DNA from: Thermoproteota archaeon
GTDB lineage: Archaea > Thermoproteota > Methanomethylicia > Methanomethylicales > Methanomethylicaceae
Length of the DNA: 64,000 nt
Assembly (NCBI GenBank): GCA_029887795.1
Contig: JARXPE010000002.1
Span: 8,904-72,903 of the forward strand
Reading direction: 5' to 3'
Both the position numbers and the translations under genes were made by a program. The notes under the pieces were generated by a model, which made no database searches, was not told the DNA's origin, and saw only the letters and a list, made by a program, of their open reading frames with translations. Positions 28,601 to 36,943 of the stretch are shown here, piece by piece. Within the stretch, counting starts at the first letter, position 1. Each line of letters opens with the position of its first letter.

Positions 28601-29494
28601 GATCGTTGTGCCTCCACCCTCGACCTGTATTGTAAGTGCCAATGAACTTACTCTAATCGATAGAGTCTTTACGTCTGATACTCCAACAGAGTCTGTGACC
28701 GTGCAGCTGACTTGATAGATTCCAGGCTCATAAAACGTCCATAATGGTTCTTTTTCAGTAGAAAACCCATTACCGAAGTCCCAAAGGTAAAAGTAGGGTG
28801 CAACACCGTCCTTGGCCTCAGCGCAAAAACTTATGGTGAGGGGAGCGATGCCCTCTGACGGATAGGCCTGTACATCCAATTCGGTTCGATGTAAAGTCAC
28901 TCTCACCAAAGAGAATCGCATTTCGACCTTGGCTTCTGAATACTCTACGATATGTTCGTTGTTTGGATACCAAAAATCCGCGAGCGCCCATAGGGACGGA
29001 CCATCGAATTCTATTGTTCTTGATCCTAAGACTTTTGAGCCTGAAATGGTATAACCGTAAGAGGTCTGACCCATGCCGTAGGGAGGTTCGTGGTACCTCT
29101 CCACATCAATCGAGATCCCTTCGGCGATCCATTCTAGGTATGAGAATACTGTAGAGGTCTCACCCACAAATTTGTAGAGACCAGAGGAATTTACGTTGGG
29201 ACGGGTTGCGGAGCCTATTGGTACCATTGCATAAGCGTAGACAGATATCCCATTAGGCAGAGCTACTGAATGATTATATCTTATGGGATCACCACTGTCA
29301 AAGCCGTAGATCTGAGAGAGTGCATTTCCAGCAGGATAAAAACCATTCTGAAATACAAAATCGCCAGGATTTAACTCTAGCGTTTTGGTGTAGGCAAGTG
29401 CACATGGTATGTTTCTGGCTAGTGCTACGACCACTGTAAATAAAACGAATATCAACATCAGTCTAATTATCCGTTCATTTAGCATACGAATCAC
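25619..29494 (-). CDS. Large secreted surface protein with PKD domains and B-repeat-like modules (1291 aa)
   Basis: Signal-like N-terminus ending ALA/YTK. Two PKD domains (WDFGNG, WDFGDFG). Repeated GGTT.P.PG...GW.LDG...DHTL.A.F modules. Confidence 0.85.
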   Translation of the reverse strand: MIRMLNERIIRLMLIFVLFTVVVALARNIPCALAYTKTLELNPGDFVFQNGFYPAGNALSQIYGFDSGDPIRYNHSVALPNGISVYAYAMVPIGSATRPNVNSSGLYKFVGETSTVFSYLEWIAEGISIDVERYHEPPYGMGQTSYGYTISGSKVLGSRTIEFDGPSLWALADFWYPNNEHIVEYSEAKVEMRFSLVRVTLHRTELDVQAYPSEGIAPLTISFCAEAKDGVAPYFYLWDFGNGFSTEKEPLWTFYEPGIYQVSCTVTDSVGVSDVKTLSIRVSSLALTIQVEGGGTTIPPPGQYIKKMGEQVQVTAVPNEGCSLDYWTLDGVPSGSQKTFNVIMNSNHTLKAKFTSALQVFASAHPTEGLPPLNVTFACSAYGGTPPYSYSWDFGDFGVSNLQNPYHVYAHPGSYMAKVTVFDSVGRKGVAEVGPISVISNFDFTITKEHDISLRPGESSSTKIFVNSSTAIPVTLNLEWVGLVPTGSAVKISPPSSLTNFTSILSVSTTPLTPPGDYVCLVKGVAGEITRSVEVLIRISPALYLLDLRAETGGTTSPQPGVYRYPSGQTVVVEAIPDAEHQFNGWTLDGSSGGSANPFTLTMYDNHTLEATFIPIKKQPQSSITLDVRYWDGFGWKTADYYMYGFVSLAGYGLVLSNPATYPVNISDAVYFQFIPRNGEGLLVDTWGGSPIAKIFSANYIFGATKVEIPPQQLMYPNSYGLWITSYSPYLVTLNLKWVDYPVNVSTDTPDWGRVTISSNSPSFSLYHQDVHRWGIYLVDHNYDITIRVEPYSGYYVDKVVVDGKTYYSEEVTINDVKEPHTVKVYFTPVQPTFKLRVSATSGGTTLPSPGEYLLPRYSNQTVEALVTDSLYYFSGWILDGTPFGGGQRCSIFMDSDHELLAIFDTDYVNPEAINVGPCNLVSGAIIKKVILGEFVGVNVTGKLPGIISPTEITVLAWLDLEGASCWDARAAKITDDHLIKLEGRTTTNSSGHFSIKLGSLEDKCWVAKDLPGTYYAYAEIRTQTSQWNSVGTWHSENITTVVEFEYDLTGTEARFSMLFTSGTPVKNRGGSYIFGFKEWDLGFSSPIDNNGTATLRIPYQRLVNIPYLQSVWNVALYSNNGDHPSSMTWFRGPSVKFTTVSVQFLMHNETCLLLEAFDLGSPSRPDLKGATAYLWLNSPVEWDGMNGLLPNCTHGSSVIAPLERSGDSLFAVDPSGMRWKIQDNVKIPQGLTEIGSALFITHPSLKDFLRDHPGDLYLTLVPPHSTNILYSPAKEGILLLAASLNIPEGW

Positions 29495-29495
29495 A

Positions 29496-30332
29496 TCATA
29501 ACTCGATAGAAAATTGAACCCCTCTGGGACCTAATAGTGTCAGATAAGCATCAGGGACTTCCACAACGCAAATGCCCTTTATGTGCCCTAACTTGGCGAT
29601 CCCAAACTGTAGCGGAAGTGCTGTCCCATTTATAGCAATATGTGATGGACGACCATTCATCAGACCCAATATTCCAGAATAAGTCACTTCAATGTAACAT
29701 CCGCCATCATTGTATAAAACTGTATCAGAAAGTACGTAAACGCCGACCACTTCGACCTCGAGATAAGATGTCCCTTTGTCTCTGGCCATAATGGAAAAAG
29801 CTGGAATGAAGTCCTCATCAAGAAAAAGTGTTGAGACGTTATAGTCCTTAGATGGAGATACTGCCCTCCAGACACGTGTGGAGGTACATTCATAGATCTC
29901 TCCCAAGGTTCTGGAGGTTCGGTGGAGGGCGTATTCTAACGGGGCTGCGGTGCATAATAGGATAGATCTTGATCCATCAGGAGTTATCACGACCAGACCA
30001 ACTCCGACCGTATCTTCGGGGGCGCCTGCCATCGGCTCCTCCAGCGTCTTGTTCACCAAGCACCTGATTCCTGCAATCGGCACAGAGTCATTGAGCAGTC
30101 TTGTCGGCGCATTGGGCAGTCTTATTAAAGTTTGGGCGGGGAAGCTCTGCACATCCCTCAGTTTCAACTCCACTGATCCCATCATAAAAGGACCAAAAAA
30201 TAGGTCGGCTCTGGAGCATCTCCTGCCATCATAGGAATACAGGACTGTAGGGTTCATAACTGCAAGGATTGTTAGGAGAAGCGGAACTAAGACAATGAAT
30301 AACGATACTTTTTTAGAATACAAATAACTCAA
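29496..30332 (-). CDS. Hypothetical N-terminally anchored/secreted protein (278 aa)
   Basis: KKVSLFIVLVPLLLTILAVM hydrophobic N-terminus. Its stop lies 1 nt before the PKD gene start. Confidence 0.55.
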   Translation of the reverse strand: MSYLYSKKVSLFIVLVPLLLTILAVMNPTVLYSYDGRRCSRADLFFGPFMMGSVELKLRDVQSFPAQTLIRLPNAPTRLLNDSVPIAGIRCLVNKTLEEPMAGAPEDTVGVGLVVITPDGSRSILLCTAAPLEYALHRTSRTLGEIYECTSTRVWRAVSPSKDYNVSTLFLDEDFIPAFSIMARDKGTSYLEVEVVGVYVLSDTVLYNDGGCYIEVTYSGILGLMNGRPSHIAINGTALPLQFGIAKLGHIKGICVVEVPDAYLTLLGPRGVQFSIEL

Positions 30333-30508
30333 CGCAAGCCCCCCAGAAAAGGTCAGGTATTTAACCTCGTCGGGGGGAAGAATCTGCTGTGGAAATTTCC
30401 TGTAGATTGAAAGACAATGGCTTGAGTTTTAAGAGTTTTTAACATTAGAAGGGGGCACAATTAAGAGGGGACATAGAATTTTGGTCTGATCTGATATTTA
30501 AGAAAAAG

Positions 30509-30530
30509 TTTTATTGAAAATTTTATTGAA
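30509..30530 (+). promoter_or_regulatory. Direct repeat TTTTATTGAA x2 in the divergent intergenic region
   Basis: Exact 10-nt repeats at 30509-30518 and 30521-30530, about 48 nt upstream of the 30578 start. Candidate TATA or operator elements. Confidence 0.25.
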
Positions 30531-30577
30531 GGGAAAACTACCTCAACTTTAGGCGAGCACCTACTCAAATCTTATAT

Positions 30578-32080
30578 ATGAGCGTTCATTATTTCATTCT
30601 CAAATTTGAGGGTGAGAAATTGGCTAGAGGAAATAAAGAAATTCTTGCCAAGCTCGAGCAGATCGTTGGACCGGAATACGTGAGCAACGAAGAAGCCAAC
30701 CTAATACCGTATTCCTGGGATTTGACATGGGCCGAGCCGAGAATGCCAGACTATGTCGTGATGCCAAAGACCGTCACAGAGATCCAGAGAATTCTGCGGC
30801 TTGCAAACCACCAGAAGATCCCGGTGATCCCATACGTGAACGCCACTAACATTGGCGGGCTCTGCGTGCCCGAAGAGGGCGGCATAATAATGGACCTCAA
30901 GAGGATGGATCAGATCATCAAGATTGATCCAGAGACTTGCTATGCAGTCATAGAGCCAGGCGTGAGCCATGCCCAATTATCTGCGGCGCTTAAGGCAACA
31001 AATCCACAATGGGAAGGTGTGGAATTCTCTAAAGGTTTTGAGTTCGGCTGGGGAGTACACCCAGCATCAGCATCAGTCTTAGCCATGGCAATAAACCACG
31101 GCATCGGACATCTAAACGGGAGATTAGGGATAAACAGCCAGCTCCTTTCTAGCATGGAAGTGGTTCTGCCCACTGCAGAGGTAGTCAAGATCGGATCCTG
31201 CGCATACTCCGACTCTTGGCACTCATTCTTGCCACTTCCTAGGATGGATGGCCTCTTCACCGGTTGGATGGGCACGACAGGTATCGTCACAAAGCTCGGC
31301 TTATGGATCTTCCCGATAAGGCCATACAGGGATGTGTTGACCATAGCGGCGGCTAGTGCCAAGGACATAACGAAGTACATGGTTCACTGGCGTCACTACT
31401 CGCTCTGTGACGAAGTCACCGCGGTGAGCTGGTGGCTTGCTCAGATCCCAATCACGTTCCCGTACAAGGACAAGCCCAAAGACGCGCCGGAGTTCTTCAG
31501 CTACACAGTGATCAGCGGATGGACAGAGGAAGAGCTAGAGTACAAGCGCAAGATGTGGAAGAAAGTTGTGCAAGAGGAGAAGGCAAGAGGGACACAATTG
31601 ATAGACTTTGAATATCCTGAAGAGGCGAAGAGAGGAAGGACCGAGCTACCGAGCAGGATCGTAGGCTCAACTAAGAACTACTCCAAGTCATGTGGTGGAG
31701 GACTTGCTTGGCCAGGAACCTTTGCGCCTTGCAAGAGCTGGCCAATCCTGTACGAGAAGTGGAAGGAGATATACATCAGACACGGTCTATCGCCAGCCAC
31801 CAGGTTCACAGATTACCAAGGCGCTCACTACGGTATGCTCAGGTGCATGACTCCCTTCGACAAGAGGAACCCAGAGTCAGTCAAGGCAGCAAGGGACGCC
31901 ATGGTTGAGTGCGTAAGGGCTGGAATTCCATTGGGTATGCTACCGTACAAGCCACCAGTGGAGTACATGAATGAGTTGAATGCTGCTGCAGACGCTGGAT
32001 ATGTCTACCTCATGACTAAAATAAAGGACATGTTGGATCCAAACAACATCATGAACCCAGGCAAGCTAGGGGTTAGATAA
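30578..32080 (+). CDS. FAD-binding oxidoreductase (GlcD / D-lactate dehydrogenase-like, PCMH type)
   Basis: FAD_binding_4-like block PDYVVMPKTVTEIQRILRLANHQKIPVIPYVNATNIGG...IMDLKRM. Confidence 0.8.
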   Translation: MSVHYFILKFEGEKLARGNKEILAKLEQIVGPEYVSNEEANLIPYSWDLTWAEPRMPDYVVMPKTVTEIQRILRLANHQKIPVIPYVNATNIGGLCVPEEGGIIMDLKRMDQIIKIDPETCYAVIEPGVSHAQLSAALKATNPQWEGVEFSKGFEFGWGVHPASASVLAMAINHGIGHLNGRLGINSQLLSSMEVVLPTAEVVKIGSCAYSDSWHSFLPLPRMDGLFTGWMGTTGIVTKLGLWIFPIRPYRDVLTIAAASAKDITKYMVHWRHYSLCDEVTAVSWWLAQIPITFPYKDKPKDAPEFFSYTVISGWTEEELEYKRKMWKKVVQEEKARGTQLIDFEYPEEAKRGRTELPSRIVGSTKNYSKSCGGGLAWPGTFAPCKSWPILYEKWKEIYIRHGLSPATRFTDYQGAHYGMLRCMTPFDKRNPESVKAARDAMVECVRAGIPLGMLPYKPPVEYMNELNAAADAGYVYLMTKIKDMLDPNNIMNPGKLGVR

Positions 32081-32094
32081 GGGGGGCAATATCA

Positions 32095-33336
32095 ATGGCA
32101 CTTGAATTGAAGAACACTTCACTTAAAGAATTAGCGAAACTCTACGATTACATTTCAATGTGCACCCACTGTGGAAACTGCAAGTATGGATATGAGTGGG
32201 GCAAGACAGGAAACTTTGCAGCGATGTTATGCGTCCAAGGCGACAAGTACAACTTCGACTCATATAGGGGCAGCAGAGGAAAGGCTGCAATAGCAAAAGG
32301 TCTGCTCAGCAACAAGTTACAATGGTCTGATGCGGTTTCACATGTTCTCTTCACGTGTACTGGATGCGGTGCTTGCCAACAGATGTGTGAGACCGACATA
32401 AAGCCTTACATCTTGAGGATGTTTGAGGCCCTCAGAAGTGAGGCATGGAAGCAGAACGTAGCCATACCAGAAGGTATAAAGAAGTGGAGCTCCACTATAG
32501 GCGTAAACCGCAACCCATACCTAGAGAAGCACGAGAACCGACTTGACTGGTTGCCCAGCAGCATCAGATCCTCGCTCCCGAAGAAGGCAGAGTACATTTA
32601 TTTCGCGGGCTGCACAGCCTCCTACAGGCAGAAGAGTGTGGCACTAGCCACAGTAAAACTGCTTCAGAAACTCAAGGTGGACTTTACCGTCTCAGAGGAT
32701 GAGTGGTGCTGTGCCTCACCGTTGCTCAGGACGGGACAGTATGACCTAGCAAAGGAGTTCGTGGAGCATAACAAGGAGCTCCCCGAAAAGTACGGTGCGA
32801 GTGGCTTCATCACCACATGCGCAGGTTGCTACAGGACCCTTTCAAGGGACTACAAGATGGATCCGCCAGAGGGCTACATTGACAAGTTCGGCAAGATGGA
32901 GAACGTAAAGGTCGTGCACACAATCCAGCTAATAGAGGAGATGCTCAACAAGGGCGAGATTGAGTTCACCGGAAGCTTCAACAGCACTGTCACTTACCAC
33001 GACCCGTGCCACCTCGGCAGGCACGCTGAGGTGTACGAGGCGCCACGCAACGTCCTCAAGGCAATCCCCGGCGTTAACTTGGTCGAGATGTACCGCAACA
33101 GAAAGTTCTCGTTCTGCTGCGGCGCAGGCGGCGGTGTGAGAGGCGGATTTGCGGACTATTCCCTAGAAACTTCGGCGAAGCGCGTACGAGAGGCTGAGTC
33201 CACGGGCGCATCGGTACTAACGAGCACATGTCCATTCTGCTGGAGAAACCTCACCGACGCCATTGAGATGACAAAGTCTCCACTCAAAATGGTGGACATC
33301 GTAGAGATACTCGAGCCAATCGTCAAGCGGAAATAA
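32095..33336 (+). CDS. Iron-sulfur protein with two CCG domains (GlcF/HdrD-like)
   Basis: CTHCGNCKY and CTGCGACQQMC ferredoxin motifs. CCG-type motifs CCASPLL, CAGCY, DPCHLGRH, FCCGAGGG and CPFCW. Confidence 0.8.
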   Translation: MALELKNTSLKELAKLYDYISMCTHCGNCKYGYEWGKTGNFAAMLCVQGDKYNFDSYRGSRGKAAIAKGLLSNKLQWSDAVSHVLFTCTGCGACQQMCETDIKPYILRMFEALRSEAWKQNVAIPEGIKKWSSTIGVNRNPYLEKHENRLDWLPSSIRSSLPKKAEYIYFAGCTASYRQKSVALATVKLLQKLKVDFTVSEDEWCCASPLLRTGQYDLAKEFVEHNKELPEKYGASGFITTCAGCYRTLSRDYKMDPPEGYIDKFGKMENVKVVHTIQLIEEMLNKGEIEFTGSFNSTVTYHDPCHLGRHAEVYEAPRNVLKAIPGVNLVEMYRNRKFSFCCGAGGGVRGGFADYSLETSAKRVREAESTGASVLTSTCPFCWRNLTDAIEMTKSPLKMVDIVEILEPIVKRK

Positions 33337-33356
33337 AAATCAAGGCATAAATATCC

Positions 33357-33368
33357 TTTTTATTTTTT
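33357..33368 (+). terminator. Oligo-T tracts after the CCG protein gene
   Basis: TTTTTATTTTTT begins 21 nt after the stop codon. Confidence 0.35.
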
Positions 33369-33400
33369 CTTGTTAAAGAAATTTTGCTGACGGCCTGATT

Positions 33401-34450
33401 ATGAATTTCAAGATCCTGAACGGGCCACTGGATCCGGATGAGAGGGAGGCTTACATACAAAGAAAAATCCTCGCTTGTGAAAACGGCTACAGTGGCATCC
33501 CCTTCAAGGATCCTGTTTGTGGCATGTTATCAGAGCTTAACCTCCCTATCAACTACATTAAAAATCAGGTCGAGCCTTGGTTAACGCCAACACCTCCTTT
33601 TGACATGCTCTTCATGCTGACGGTGGAGAACTTTGTCACATTTATAGATGCTAATGGATGCCTAGATTATGCAAAAGAAATAAACAAAAAAGTGAAGAGC
33701 GATGTGCTTCCGGACATGCCCGTGCTATTTGGGGTTGATCACTCCTTATCTGGTGGCGTGGTTAATGCCCTATGTGACGAGTACGGCGGCGAAAACCTTA
33801 GACTTATTGTATTCGACAGTCACTTCGACTTTATACCTCCCACCATAAGATGTGGACTAATACAGTATGATCTGGAGAACAACCCGGAAACTAAGTTTTC
33901 GCCCAAGGATCCTTACATCTATAACAGACCGGATAGCTACAATGCCGACTCTTTCCTCGGCTACCTTACAAAGAAAATTCCTATGGAGAACATGTACATA
34001 GTAGGTGTATCGGACTATCCCCCCAGGGTAGCCGAGGAGATTGAGGATGAAAGGGTTAGGAGGTACGTTGAATTCTACAAAGGAATCGAGTCCTCTGGGG
34101 TGCATGTGATAAAGAAAGAAGATATTCAAAAAGACTTGCAATCGGTTATTTCCATTCTCTCAAGGACGAATTTGCCCCTCACCTATGTTTCTGTGGATGT
34201 GGATGTATGTGCAAACACATCAATCAAGGGGGCCAGATTTTTGGACTACTCCGGGATCTCGCAGAGAGATCTTTATGGTCTGATCTCCTCCATATCAAAG
34301 TCGAATTCTAAGATAATTGGTGTGGACTTCATGGAATTCGACGTTTACACCGCGGGATCCCTTAGCGCTGGTAGGCAAGATAGGACTTACGCCATAATGG
34401 CAGAATCGTTTAGGAGGATGGTATTTAAAAATAGACAAAAGTCGAATTAA
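33401..34450 (+). CDS. Arginase/agmatinase/ureohydrolase-family protein with N-terminal extension
   Basis: Family metal-ligand blocks GVDHSLSGG, VFDSHFDF and VSVDVDVC. About 100 extra N-terminal residues. Confidence 0.7.
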   Translation: MNFKILNGPLDPDEREAYIQRKILACENGYSGIPFKDPVCGMLSELNLPINYIKNQVEPWLTPTPPFDMLFMLTVENFVTFIDANGCLDYAKEINKKVKSDVLPDMPVLFGVDHSLSGGVVNALCDEYGGENLRLIVFDSHFDFIPPTIRCGLIQYDLENNPETKFSPKDPYIYNRPDSYNADSFLGYLTKKIPMENMYIVGVSDYPPRVAEEIEDERVRRYVEFYKGIESSGVHVIKKEDIQKDLQSVISILSRTNLPLTYVSVDVDVCANTSIKGARFLDYSGISQRDLYGLISSISKSNSKIIGVDFMEFDVYTAGSLSAGRQDRTYAIMAESFRRMVFKNRQKSN

Positions 34451-34696
34451 ATAACGATAATAGCCGAAGAAAAACATTATATACTTCGACAACAATCTAT
34501 TCTTTGGAGAAAAAATGTCACTCCTAAAAGTAAGGCGCAGAATTTACAAAACTAGGAATCTTGGGCGAGGCAGAGGTAAAGTGAAGCCTATAAACCAGAG
34601 AATCTCTGCTCTTTGGGACAGCCCAATGGCGATATGGGAGCCCCAAGAGTAAAGTACATATCCAGCCCGTCCTATATTTAGGTAGGGGTTTATTTC

Positions 34697-35533
34697 TTGA
34701 GCATTTTAGGAACAGTAAACCAGATAATTCCAACTTCATTGGCAGGCCTGGCCAATCTTGTTGTTTACATAATAATCCTAGTAATCATACTCTGGTTCCT
34801 GTCTTCTGCCATAAAGATTGTTAAGGAGTATGAGCGCGCCGTCATATTTAGGCTGGGACGACTCCTTGGGGCTAAGGGTCCAGGAATATTCTTCATAATA
34901 CCTTTCGTTGACTCTCTTAGGAAAGTGGATCTCAGGGTCCTGACGTTCGATGTGCCAAGACAGATGATAATAACAAAGGACAACGTCACAGTGCAGGTTG
35001 ACGCGGTGGTTTACTACAGGGTCTTTGACCCAGTAAAGGCAATAGTCCAGGTCGAAAACTACATGCTCTCCACAAACCTCCTCGCTCAGACTACCCTCCG
35101 AGATATACTCGGACAAGTGCAGCTTGACGACCTACTCACAAAGAGGGAAGAGCTAAACCAAAGGCTGCAGTCCACACTTGATATACCAACAGACGCATGG
35201 GGCATAAAGGTAACGGCAGTTGTGATAAAGGACGTGATCCTGCCAGAATCGCTCCAGAGGGCTATGGCAAAGCAGGCGGAGGCTGAGAGGGAGAGGAGAT
35301 CAAGGATAATAATAGCAGAGGGAGAGTACCAAGCGGCTCAGAAGATGAGCGAGGCTGCGGAACTCTATAAGAAGACGCCCATAGCGCTGAGGTTACGAGA
35401 GTTCCAGATGATATCCGAGGTTGCGAGGGAGAAGAACCTAATACTGGTGACCTCCACGGGAGGCACGACCGTTGCAGAATTTGCTGGTCTGGCAAAAGCT
35501 TTAGACAAGAAATCAGTGAGTACGGAGAAATAG
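34697..35533 (+). CDS. SPFH/band-7 stomatin-like protein
   Basis: TM segment then IKIVKEYERAVIFRLGR...PRQMIITKDNV...AEAERERR coiled region. TTG start. Confidence 0.9.
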   Translation: MSILGTVNQIIPTSLAGLANLVVYIIILVIILWFLSSAIKIVKEYERAVIFRLGRLLGAKGPGIFFIIPFVDSLRKVDLRVLTFDVPRQMIITKDNVTVQVDAVVYYRVFDPVKAIVQVENYMLSTNLLAQTTLRDILGQVQLDDLLTKREELNQRLQSTLDIPTDAWGIKVTAVVIKDVILPESLQRAMAKQAEAERERRSRIIIAEGEYQAAQKMSEAAELYKKTPIALRLREFQMISEVAREKNLILVTSTGGTTVAEFAGLAKALDKKSVSTEK

Positions 35534-35538
35534 ATGAG

Positions 35539-36858
35539 ATGGCAAGAAAATCCCTAACAATTTTTTTAATTCTTTCCCTGCTCATTGTGGTAACATCATC
35601 CTCTCCAGTAGTTGCTTATGGTGGAAAGGTCTTAGTTTTCAAAATCAGCGGCACCATCTCCATGGCTCATTCTGAGGCTTTGATTGATGCGCTCAGCGTG
35701 GCCCATCAAGAGGGTTACTCGGCAGTAGTACTCATGCTCTCGACTCCGGGCGGAAGCCTTGATTCAACGCTTCGAATGATCACTGCAATAGAGAACTCCC
35801 CTGTTCCTGTGGTAGGCTACGTGTATCCACCCGGAACGACGGCTTGGTCTGCTGGTACGTATCTATTGATGGCGACACATGTTGCCGCAATGGCGCCGCA
35901 CACAATAATAGGTTCCTGTCAACCGATAGCTTATTCGCCATTTGGTAGCGAGCCGGTTAATGATACAAAGATTCTTAACGCTGTTATTTCCGTCATGGCG
36001 ACTCAGGCGAGGGCACATGGAAGAAACGAGACTCTGGCGATCAGCTTTATCACCGAAAATGTAAACGTGAACGATGAACAGGCATATGCTCAGGGCGTAA
36101 TAGAATTCAGGGCGGAGAGCCTTGAGTCCCTACTGAAATTGATAAATGGTTTGGAGGTTAAAACGGCTGCCGGAACAGTAAAGTTGAACACCGAAGGAGC
36201 TGCCGTAACAGAGTATACCTTCAGGATTAGGGACAGTGTGATAAATGTGGTTTCCGACCCGACAATTTCGAGCCTCCTGTTTTTGATAGGAATCTTTGCG
36301 CTAATCTACGGACTCTCTGCGCCAGGGCATGGGGGAGAGATTCTGGGAGCGGCAGCCCTCCTTCTTGCTCTTATAGGGATGGGCTTCGACGTAAACATAG
36401 TCTCGTTAATAATGATGGCAGCAGGGGCGATCCTTTTGATTTATGAGCTTGCCACACCTGGATTTGGGGTCTTCGGCTTCTCAGGAATAATACTTCTCAC
36501 AATAGGTGCTCTCTTCATAGTGCCGTTCAGCCCTGAGAAGTGGGCGATCTCGGGAGAGTGGTATGCCACATTTACATACTCCATTGTTGCGGCAACACTT
36601 GTAATCGCAGGGATATTTCTGTTTGCCATTATAAAGATACTACAAGTTAGGCGAAGACCGCCTCTCATAGGGAGGATCATAGGCGAGGTTTTAACTTCAA
36701 CGGAGGATGCGCCACCTAACGAGGTAGCTTTCATTACCTACAGGGGCGAGTACTGGCAGGCAAAATGCAATACAGGGCTAAAGAGAGGCAAGAAGTACAA
36801 GATTGTTGGTAAGGAAGGCCCTGTTCTGATACTCGAGGAGATCCTAGAGTCCACCTAA
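35539..36858 (+). CDS. NfeD-like membrane-bound ClpP-class serine protease (stomatin partner)
   Basis: LSTPGGSLDS active-site-like block, central TM bundle and C-terminal OB-like domain. Adjacent to stomatin. Confidence 0.85.
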   Translation: MARKSLTIFLILSLLIVVTSSSPVVAYGGKVLVFKISGTISMAHSEALIDALSVAHQEGYSAVVLMLSTPGGSLDSTLRMITAIENSPVPVVGYVYPPGTTAWSAGTYLLMATHVAAMAPHTIIGSCQPIAYSPFGSEPVNDTKILNAVISVMATQARAHGRNETLAISFITENVNVNDEQAYAQGVIEFRAESLESLLKLINGLEVKTAAGTVKLNTEGAAVTEYTFRIRDSVINVVSDPTISSLLFLIGIFALIYGLSAPGHGGEILGAAALLLALIGMGFDVNIVSLIMMAAGAILLIYELATPGFGVFGFSGIILLTIGALFIVPFSPEKWAISGEWYATFTYSIVAATLVIAGIFLFAIIKILQVRRRPPLIGRIIGEVLTSTEDAPPNEVAFITYRGEYWQAKCNTGLKRGKKYKIVGKEGPVLILEEILEST

Positions 36859-36943
36859 CTTTTTCGAGAAGTTTTTTAGTATCCCTTTCCCTTATAGAAT
36901 TTTAGTGATTGAAATGGTTTTTACCGTGGATGGAGTCTCAATC

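Noticed and set aside
34524-34739. 71-aa minus-strand ORF between the arginase-like and stomatin genes.
   Set aside because: It overlaps the stomatin start. It has no start context, odd composition and no motif. The plus-strand small ORF or RNA structure is a better explanation of the region.
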